Of a stretch of DNA of 37,817 nt, positions 7,377 to 13,467 are shown one piece after another. Every line of letters begins with the position of its first letter. The stretch's first letter is position 1. The notes below the pieces were generated by a model. That model saw only the letters and a list, made by a program, of their open reading frames with translations. It did not search any database and was not told the origin of the DNA. This stretch comes from a virus. Made by a program: the position numbers and the translations under genes. Location: IMG/VR virus record IMGVR_UViG_3300048577_000138, positions 1-37,817 of that record. One strand, given 5' to 3'.

Positions 7377-8291
7377 ATGCACGCCATTGATTCTGCTATC
7401 CGCACGTTTCTGGCGATTAAGCGAGCGGAACGCCGTTCGCCGGTGACGGTGCGTAGTTATGAGCAGTTGCTCGGTCTGTTTCGGGCCTCTTTGCCGCCGG
7501 AGGTGATGGCGGTGGAGGAGATTACGACGGAGCAGTGTGCGGCGTTCCTGGCCGCCGAGGAGGGGCGCAAGCTGAATGCGCCGGGGTCGCCAGATCGACA
7601 CATGAAGGCGACTTCACTCGCTGCCCGTTACCGGGCGATGCGGGTTTTTTTGCGTTGGTCTAGCGAGACGTACAAGTTTGCTAATCCGCTGGTGTTCAAG
7701 GCGCCGAAGATCGACATTGAGCCGCCGCGCCGGGCATCCAACGAGGATGTTGAGGCGCTGCTGGCGTCGATTGACGGTGACGGCTGGCTGGATTTTCGCG
7801 ACCGGGCGATTGTGCGGCTGCTGCACGGGACAGGGCTGCGGGTGCAGGAGTGTGCGAGCCTGGCGCTCAATGATCTGGACGTGGCGAAGCGCCTGGTCTA
7901 TGTGGCGGACGGGAAGGGCGGGAAGGCGCGCTATGTGCCGTTTACGCCGGGGGTGGCGATGCACCTGCTGGCGTACCTGCTGAACCGTCCAGCGTGGTCG
8001 GGTCGTGAGTTGCTGCTGGGGTCGGTGAATCGCCACGGGGTTCCGCATGGGCCGCTGACGGCGAATGGCATCCGGCAGATGCTGAAGCGGAGGTGCAGGG
8101 CGGCCGGGATTGCGTACATCAATCCGCATAGCCTGCGCCATCTGTTTGCGACGAAGGCGCTGAATGATGGCATCCCGCTGAGTGCTGTGTCTACGATGAT
8201 GGGGCACGCATCGACGGATTTCACGGCCCGTGTCTATGCCAAGTGGCTGACGGATGGGCTGGTGGCGATCTACGATGCGCACTGGAAGTAA
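7377..8291 (+). CDS. int: Tyrosine recombinase / phage integrase (XerC/D-like)
   Basis: 304 aa with a SAM-like N-terminal domain. Catalytic-region motifs: LLHGTGLRVQE, HSLRHLFAT, GHASTDFTARVY. GGAGG RBS. Confidence 0.93.
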   Translation: MHAIDSAIRTFLAIKRAERRSPVTVRSYEQLLGLFRASLPPEVMAVEEITTEQCAAFLAAEEGRKLNAPGSPDRHMKATSLAARYRAMRVFLRWSSETYKFANPLVFKAPKIDIEPPRRASNEDVEALLASIDGDGWLDFRDRAIVRLLHGTGLRVQECASLALNDLDVAKRLVYVADGKGGKARYVPFTPGVAMHLLAYLLNRPAWSGRELLLGSVNRHGVPHGPLTANGIRQMLKRRCRAAGIAYINPHSLRHLFATKALNDGIPLSAVSTMMGHASTDFTARVYAKWLTDGLVAIYDAHWK

Positions 8292-8344
8292 GCAGCAGCT
8301 AATCGGTAATTATCTGCTGTGCTCGCTGCCAGCATGGTAGATAC

Positions 8345-8386
8345 CTCTTAATCAGCGGGTTCTAGGTTCAAGTCCTAGGTGAGTCA
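8345..8386 (+). other. attP core: 3' 42 nt of a tRNA-Lys(CUU) (anticodon loop to discriminator), not a complete tRNA
   Basis: CTCTTAA (loop, anticodon CUU), TCAGC, GGGTT, T-arm CTAGG-TTCAAGT-CCTAG, acceptor 3' strand GTGAGTC, discriminator A. No matching 5' half upstream. It lies 54 nt after the int stop. Confidence 0.6.
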
Positions 8387-8485
8387 CTAACCCTTTGCAA
8401 CTGTTATACTTATTCGGTTGTGAAGGTGCGTTTCAATGGCGACCGCTCCGATCTGTGTCCACGGGGCGGGGCGGTCGTCAGGGAA

Positions 8486-8695
8486 TCACTTCTGTATCAG
8501 AGTCCAGTCCAGTTTGATGCGCTTACGGTCGGCATATTCGATGACGGCATCTTTGGCTACTCTGCGCCAGCCATCCTCGCTGAGCCGAACGCTCGGCAGT
8601 TCTTCACTGTCGATCAGGCGCCTAACTGTTTCTGAGCTCACGCCGAATAACTTCGCAATTTCGGGCGCAGTCAGATACTCCACGTGATTCTCCAT
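8486..8695 (-). CDS. Excisionase-family (HTH_17/MerR-like) DNA-binding protein
   Basis: 69 aa. LTAPEIAKLFGVSSETVRRLIDSEELPSVRL is a typical Xis/AlpA-type helix-turn-helix. The gene is convergent with int. Confidence 0.75.
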   Translation of the reverse strand: MENHVEYLTAPEIAKLFGVSSETVRRLIDSEELPSVRLSEDGWRRVAKDAVIEYADRKRIKLDWTLIQK

Positions 8696-8724
8696 TCCTC
8701 ATAATTGTGAGCTTTGTGAGATTC

Positions 8725-8753
8725 ACAATACACCCATTGTCTTGTGTCGTCAA
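8725..8753 (-). promoter_or_regulatory. Candidate promoter for the HTH gene (minus strand TTGACG-N17-TATTGT), overlapped by an operator-like repeat
   Basis: The -35 is the complement of 8748-8753 and the -10 the complement of 8725-8730. The inverted repeat ATTGTGA(8704-8710)/TCACAAT(8723-8729) and the direct repeat TTGTGAG x2 lie across it. Confidence 0.4.
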
Positions 8754-8794
8754 GCCCTAATTTCGACGATCATCACGCCGCAAGGAGTGCCCCT

Positions 8795-9160
8795 ATGAAC
8801 ACCAACATGATGGAATACGATGCTCGTAAGAAGAGTATGCTGCTGGCGTACCTGGCCTGGGCCTTTCTGGGCGGGCTGGGCGTCCATCGGTTCTACCTGA
8901 ACCGCACGGGGTCGGGCGTCGCGCAGCTTCTGCTCACGGTGTTTGGCTGGTTTACCCTACCGCTGGGCATCGGCATGTTCTTGCTGGGCGGCCTGGCGAT
9001 CTGGCTCTTCGTCGATCTGTTCCTCGTCGCGGGCATGGTGAGCGAGTACAACCTGGCACTGGCGCGCAGTCTCCAGCCTGCGCCACGGCCAGCAGCAACG
9101 GCTGCGCTGATGCAGCCGCCGAAGCAGACTCCGCCGGACTTGCACAAGTGGGCGGATTAG
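8795..9160 (+). CDS. TM2-domain membrane protein
   Basis: KSMLLAYLAWAFLGGLGVHRFYLNRTGSGVAQLLLTVFGWFTLPLGIGMFLLGGLAIWLFVDLF matches the TM2 pattern. ATG at 8795 with AAGGAG 7 nt upstream (the track start 8744 is less likely). Confidence 0.8.
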   Translation: MNTNMMEYDARKKSMLLAYLAWAFLGGLGVHRFYLNRTGSGVAQLLLTVFGWFTLPLGIGMFLLGGLAIWLFVDLFLVAGMVSEYNLALARSLQPAPRPAATAALMQPPKQTPPDLHKWAD

Positions 9161-9166
9161 CAGCCC

Positions 9167-9655
9167 CTACAGCGCGCTGCCCAGGGCGATCACGAGGATG
9201 CCGGCGACCTGCAGGACGAGCAGCCAGGTCCCCAGCGTGACGTAGCGGGCTTTGCGCTCGTTGGCGGCAATGTTGGCCTTGATGGCGTCGGACAGGTTGA
9301 TTAGCACTTGGTTGTAGGCGTCGTCCAGTTCCTTGCTGATGTAAAGGTCAAAGAAGTTGTCCCAACTTAATGAGCCTACATATTTGTGTTCGCTAGGGCG
9401 CCAAGCAAGGACGGCGCAAATAGTCATGCCGATGAAAGCCACGAAGCCTGTGGCGGCGCCGGCCAGCACCCAGGGCATGGTCGAGTTCGTCACGAGCGAT
9501 GGCAGCGTGGTGGCGCCGACGAGGGCGATGATGAGGCTGCCGGCCTGCAAGATGGCAGCGGCCTTGCCGTCCAGGTGCTCGCCGGTGCGGTCGATGTTGT
9601 CGTAAAGACGCTGTGTCTGTTCCAACACGAGATTTTGTTGTGTAGTTAGTCCCAT
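9167..9655 (-). CDS. Three-TM membrane protein, possibly Pycsar-effector/DUF5706-like
   Basis: 162 aa. Layout: N-terminal helix with LDGKAAAILQAGSLIIAL, a second TM, a cytosolic helical segment ending in ...NERKARY, then a C-terminal TM. The family call is from memory of the profile, not a search. Confidence 0.55.
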   Translation of the reverse strand: MGLTTQQNLVLEQTQRLYDNIDRTGEHLDGKAAAILQAGSLIIALVGATTLPSLVTNSTMPWVLAGAATGFVAFIGMTICAVLAWRPSEHKYVGSLSWDNFFDLYISKELDDAYNQVLINLSDAIKANIAANERKARYVTLGTWLLVLQVAGILVIALGSAL

Positions 9656-9862
9656 AGGGTAGATGCCATGACTGAAAAGACTGAAGACAAACCGAAGCCG
9701 AAACCGCCTGCTCCTCCCAAGTCGGATGATTTAGGTGCTAAGAAGAGCTGGGACGGGAACAAAGAAAAAGCTACAGCACCCAAACCGCAGACGCCGGAGA
9801 AACCAGAAGCCACGAAGTAAAGGCATTATCGCGCCGATACCCGTCACGATGTCTATTGTAAG

Positions 9863-10132
9863 GTGTCCGAAAAATACAGGACTATTGACCCTTACAATTT
9901 GGGCATTTGGCTGGCACAAATATGCGCAATCTGTGCTATAATTGGCGTAGTGACCGCCACATTTGATGCCCTGATCAATAAGATTCAACGGGACTTGGAG
10001 TCGCTGGTGGCCAGCGGCAACAACTGGCAGCTTACTGTGCATGGCGGGCGCGGCGGCAATATCAAGGTCGAAAAGTTGATTGTGGATGAGCTGACGCTGG
10101 AGCTCAGAGAGCCCAAGTCTCGTACCCGTTAG
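9863..10132 (+). CDS. Hypothetical small membrane protein (89 aa) in a low-GC moron
   Basis: Track ORF with one hydrophobic helix (LGIWLAQICAICAIIGVVTA). Local GC is lower, and its own terminator follows. Confidence 0.5.
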   Translation: MSEKYRTIDPYNLGIWLAQICAICAIIGVVTATFDALINKIQRDLESLVASGNNWQLTVHGGRGGNIKVEKLIVDELTLELREPKSRTR

Positions 10133-10170
10133 GCGTCGGCAAAATCAATACTCGCGGTTGGCTCGTGATA

Positions 10171-10210
10171 GGGCGCCGCTCGGAGATTCCGGGCGGCGCC
10201 TTCGTTTTTT
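10171..10210 (+). terminator. Rho-independent terminator
   Basis: Stem GGCGCCGC (10172-10179) / GCGGCGCC (10193-10200), followed by TTCGTTTTTT. Confidence 0.65.
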
Positions 10211-10225
10211 CCAAGAGGTGCATAT

Positions 10226-10465
10226 ATGGACGAGGGACCGGAGAAGGCCTCGATGCCGGCGCAGATTCTGAAGAGGGCGCGAGCGATCGATTTGTACCTG
10301 GTGGCGGTATGGGCGCTGGCCATCGTAGCCGCGCTAGCGACGTTCGGATGCCTGCTGCTGGCCAGTCTCGGGCGGGAGGAGAGCAACCAGTTGGCGACAC
10401 TCGGCTCTACGGCGCTTGTGGGCCTGGTGGCCATGTTGCGAGCGGGCGACGGCCAGCAGGGGTAG
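10226..10465 (+). CDS. Two-TM small membrane protein (79 aa; holin-like size and topology)
   Basis: Track ORF with helices LYLVAVWALAIVAALATFGCLLLA and LGSTALVGLVAML. It is the first gene of a coupled operon. Confidence 0.55.
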   Translation: MDEGPEKASMPAQILKRARAIDLYLVAVWALAIVAALATFGCLLLASLGREESNQLATLGSTALVGLVAMLRAGDGQQG

Positions 10466-10468
10466 ACG

Positions 10469-10852
10469 ATGGCGACGGATAATTTGTTTGATGCGTTTGA
10501 GGAGCAGCGGGAGTTGTCAGGGCAGTTGAGGCGGATTGTATTTGGCGACCCACCGGCGCATCCAGTTGGTCTCCTGGAGCGGATGGAGCAACTGGACAAG
10601 CGGCTGGAGGATTTCGGGCGCAAATTACAGCGCATCGAGCAGCAGCAACGGCCCAGCGTCTGGCTGTGGGTCGCTGGCTATGCTGCGTTTTTGTTGTCCG
10701 GCTGGTTCGCTATGTCGGCCATGCTGAGCACGGAGACATTGCGGGCGGCGCTGGACCTGCCGGCCTGGCTGGCAACCGGCTTGGCGCTGCTCTTCGCCGT
10801 GACGGCGCTGCTGTTGTTTGTGGCCGGGTTCGGCTGGCTGGTGCGCCGGTAG
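10469..10852 (+). CDS. Membrane protein with N-terminal coiled-coil (127 aa)
   Basis: Track ORF. A soluble N-terminus is followed by hydrophobic helices (VWLWVAGYAAFLLSGWFAMSAML; LATGLALLFAVTALLLFVAGFGWL). Confidence 0.6.
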   Translation: MATDNLFDAFEEQRELSGQLRRIVFGDPPAHPVGLLERMEQLDKRLEDFGRKLQRIEQQQRPSVWLWVAGYAAFLLSGWFAMSAMLSTETLRAALDLPAWLATGLALLFAVTALLLFVAGFGWLVRR

Positions 10853-11103
10853 TGGCCACGGGCGGCCGGCGGGCGCGCTGGGCGAACGGCTGGGAGATCG
10901 AGCGGCTGATGCAGTTGCGCTACGATCTGGATTCCTCATTAGGCCGTCTGCATGACGAGTATCTGCGCTGTGCAGGCCAAGTCGGCCCAGAGGCTGCGCA
11001 GGGCTACCTGGAGCTGGCGACAGAGGTTGAGTCCATGCGCGCCAGTGCGTTGCGCAGGGTGGAAATATGGGTGTCGGAACGATGCAAAAACAAGCAGGAC
11101 TGA
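10852..11103 (+). CDS. Hypothetical protein (83 aa, GTG start overlapping the upstream stop)
   Basis: This is the C-terminal part of track ORF 10666..11103. Only the part after GTG 10852 does not overlap the preceding gene. Confidence 0.4.
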   Translation: MATGGRRARWANGWEIERLMQLRYDLDSSLGRLHDEYLRCAGQVGPEAAQGYLELATEVESMRASALRRVEIWVSERCKNKQD

Positions 11104-11825
11104 TCGGCGTGGTACTGCTGCTGGCGCTGCTGCCGCTGCCGGCGGGTGCGCAGTCAGGCTGCACGGTGCGCGTGGAGGCGGGGCGGATCGTGGTGGCTGG
11201 CTGCGTTGTGGTGACGGCGACGCCGGCGCGCACGGCGACGGCGACCAGGACGCCAACGCCAACGGCGACGGTTACACCCACGGCCACGGCCACGGCCATG
11301 GAGACGCCCCAGCCAGCCCGCCATGCACTGGGGCCGGAATGGGGCGGCGACGTTGGCGGCTACTACTCGGATGGCCAGCGGCTGCGGGTGGCCGGCGGCG
11401 GGGCGATCTTCTGGTTGGAGCAATTCGGGGCGGCGCAGGAGGCGTTTGTGACGCTGGCGCAGATTGATCGCACGAGCACGGGACTGGCGCTGCTGTTGCT
11501 GAGCGAGGCGGCGGGCAGTCCGCACCCCAGCGTGCTGGCGGTGCGCTACGACCCGCGTAGTGGCACTCTTCAGCCGCTGCACACGCTGGCCGGCGGATGG
11601 CATAGTTTGGGCGCGCCGGTTGCGGCGGCGTTTGCGCCGGGCGATCAGTTTGGGGCGCGGTATGCGGATGGTGTGCTGACGGCCTGGCGCAATGGTGTCG
11701 AGGTGGCTCGATGGCGTGTGGAGCCGGCGTGGTTTGCGCCTCCGCCGGCTGGCTATACAGGGCTGATGACGGATGCGGCGCCGGGCTGGGCACTGGACGA
11801 TTTTGGCGGGGGCACGCTGCCATGA
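11082..11825 (+). CDS. Secreted protein: signal peptide, Thr/Pro-rich linker, ~170-aa jelly-roll (LamG/ConA-like?) domain
   Basis: MQKQAGLIGVVLLLALLPLPAGAQS signal, TATPARTATATRTPTPTATVTPTATATA linker, C-terminal domain ending ...GWALDDFGGG. ATG at 11082 within track ORF 11067..11825. Confidence 0.65.
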   Translation: MQKQAGLIGVVLLLALLPLPAGAQSGCTVRVEAGRIVVAGCVVVTATPARTATATRTPTPTATVTPTATATAMETPQPARHALGPEWGGDVGGYYSDGQRLRVAGGGAIFWLEQFGAAQEAFVTLAQIDRTSTGLALLLLSEAAGSPHPSVLAVRYDPRSGTLQPLHTLAGGWHSLGAPVAAAFAPGDQFGARYADGVLTAWRNGVEVARWRVEPAWFAPPPAGYTGLMTDAAPGWALDDFGGGTLP

Positions 11826-12151
11826 CTGGTAAGCGCGTGCGGTCGCCCGTGGTGCATCGCGGCACAATCCTGGAGATGACGCCGCGTGAGCGCCGCGTGC
11901 TGGTCTATGTGGTGGCGGGCATGGACCACGACACGATCAGCCAGGCGCTGCGCATCCATCGCAGCACGACGATCACGTATATCGACCGTTTCAACCGCAT
12001 GGCCGGCGCTCACAACCGCAACCAGTTGGCGGCGTGGGCCATTGTCACCGGGCTGGTGGCGCCGGCGGAGATCTGCGAGCTGTGGCTGCGGCACGGCCTG
12101 CACGAGCTGGTGGCCTGGCTGGACTATGCAGAGGTGGAGGTGGTGGGGTGA
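11822..12151 (+). CDS. LuxR/GerE-family HTH transcriptional regulator
   Basis: MTPRERRVLVYVVAGMDHDTISQALRIHRSTTITYIDRFNRMAGAHNRNQLAAWA matches the LuxR C-terminal HTH pattern. ATG at 11822 overlaps the upstream stop (ATGA). Confidence 0.72.
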   Translation: MTGKRVRSPVVHRGTILEMTPRERRVLVYVVAGMDHDTISQALRIHRSTTITYIDRFNRMAGAHNRNQLAAWAIVTGLVAPAEICELWLRHGLHELVAWLDYAEVEVVG

Positions 12152-12243
12152 GCAGTGCTGTAGGTTGGTGTCTGCTGCCGGCGGCGGTGCTGGTGGGCAC
12201 TGCGTTGGGGCTGCTGTGGTGGATGAGCAGGACGGTGGCGTGA
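12148..12243 (+). CDS. Small TM peptide (31 aa)
   Basis: GTGA overlaps at both ends. VSSAVGWCLLPAAVLVGTALGLLWWMSRTVA. Below the track cutoff. Confidence 0.3.
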   Translation: MSSAVGWCLLPAAVLVGTALGLLWWMSRTVA

Positions 12244-12467
12244 GCAGCCGCAGGGCGCAGCGCAGGCGGGCGTGCCAGGGTAAGCGCCGGCTGCCGGACG
12301 CTGATGTGGCGTGGCGGGTGGCCAGGCTGATGACGCAACGGCATGGGGAGTTGTTGCTGGCGTATCGGTGCACGTGGTGCGGGTGCTGGCATGTGGGGCA
12401 TCCGTCACGTAGGCAGGCGCAGAGTTATATGGCGAGGAGGGCGAATCGTGCCGCAGAGGCCAGTTAG
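12240..12467 (+). CDS. Small Cys-rich (Zn-ribbon-like) protein (75 aa)
   Basis: In the frame of track ORF 11886..12467 from GTG 12240. Contains ACQGKRRLP ... YRCTWCGCWHVGH. Confidence 0.4.
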   Translation: MSSRRAQRRRACQGKRRLPDADVAWRVARLMTQRHGELLLAYRCTWCGCWHVGHPSRRQAQSYMARRANRAAEAS

Positions 12468-12795
12468 TGCGTGCCGGAGGCCTGGATGTGCGGGCGTGGT
12501 GCGGGATGGCGTGTGCAGTTTGTGTGGGCCGCTGCGCAGGGCTGGGCAGGTTGCGCACGACGAGCGGCGCGGGACGGCTGCGCAGCGTGGCTACGGCGGG
12601 CGCTGGCAGCGGGTGCGGCTGATGTTCCTTCGGTCGCATCCATTGTGCGCGGACTGCGCGAGCCGCAACCAGGTCACGCCGGCCACGGACGTGCACCACG
12701 TGGTGGCCAGGCGGGACGGCGGCGGCGACGAGGAGGGCAACCTGCTGGCGCTGTGCCACTCGTGTCATAGCAAGCGCACCCAGGCCGGCGAGTAG
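12448..12795 (+). CDS. HNH endonuclease (terminase-associated)
   Basis: CRRPGC...CSLC and HPLCADC...DVHHVV...NLLALCHSCHSKRT. GTG at 12448 with a GAGGAGG RBS. It lies directly upstream of terS, as in HK97-like cos phages. Confidence 0.85.
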   Translation: MPQRPVSACRRPGCAGVVRDGVCSLCGPLRRAGQVAHDERRGTAAQRGYGGRWQRVRLMFLRSHPLCADCASRNQVTPATDVHHVVARRDGGGDEEGNLLALCHSCHSKRTQAGE

Positions 12796-12896
12796 GCTGG
12801 GGGTAGGGGGGCGCGGATCTCTGGGGCCTGATAGCCCAGACCACTTGGCCCCACGAATTTTCACACCCGCGAGTTTTGATAGGGGGGGTATAGAGC

Positions 12897-13406
12897 GTGG
12901 GACGGCGGGGACCGGCGCCAAAGCCGACGGCGATCAAGCGATCATCGGGGAATCCGGGGAAGCGGGCGCTGAACGGGGCGGAACCGCAGTTCAGCCGCCA
13001 GGCGCCGCCTTGCCCGAAGCACCTGGCGGGGGAGGCGCGCAAGGAGTGGCGGCGCATTGTGCGGGAGTTGGTGCAGACGCCGGGGCTGCTGCAGGTGGTG
13101 GACCGGGCGGCGCTGGCGGCGTACTGCCAGGCGTGGGCGCGCTGGGTGGAGGCAGAGCAGAAGATGCAGGCGCCCGACTTCACCATGATCGAGGTGACGG
13201 ACAAAGGGTATGCTCACGTGAATCCGTGGTTCCAGGTGAGCACGCAGGCGCAGAAGCAGATGAAGGCGTTTCTGACGGAGTTCGGGTTGACGCCGGCGAG
13301 CAGGGCGCGGATTCAGGTCGCGGAGCGGGGCGAAGAGGATGAGTTCGACGAGTTTGTCAGGGCCAAGCCAGGGGCCAAGCCCGGCGGCAGGCCCGGCAAC
13401 GAGTGA
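12897..13406 (+). CDS. terS: Terminase small subunit, P27 family
   Basis: MGRRGPAPKPTAIKRSSGNPGKRALN...CPKHLAGEARKEWRRIVREL...DRAALAAYCQAW matches the P27-family pattern. Confidence 0.9.
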   Translation: MGRRGPAPKPTAIKRSSGNPGKRALNGAEPQFSRQAPPCPKHLAGEARKEWRRIVRELVQTPGLLQVVDRAALAAYCQAWARWVEAEQKMQAPDFTMIEVTDKGYAHVNPWFQVSTQAQKQMKAFLTEFGLTPASRARIQVAERGEEDEFDEFVRAKPGAKPGGRPGNE

Positions 13407-13467
13407 CGATGACCTGATCGCTGCGGTTGGCGTGCTGCCGGGCTGGGCACAGGAGAGCCCAGCCGAG

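Noticed and set aside
9668-9820. 50-aa Lys/Pro-rich ORF on the plus strand
   Set aside because: It is low-complexity, has no clear RBS, and starts 12 nt from the divergent start of 9167..9655, where that gene's promoter should be. It is mentioned in a finding but not annotated as a gene.
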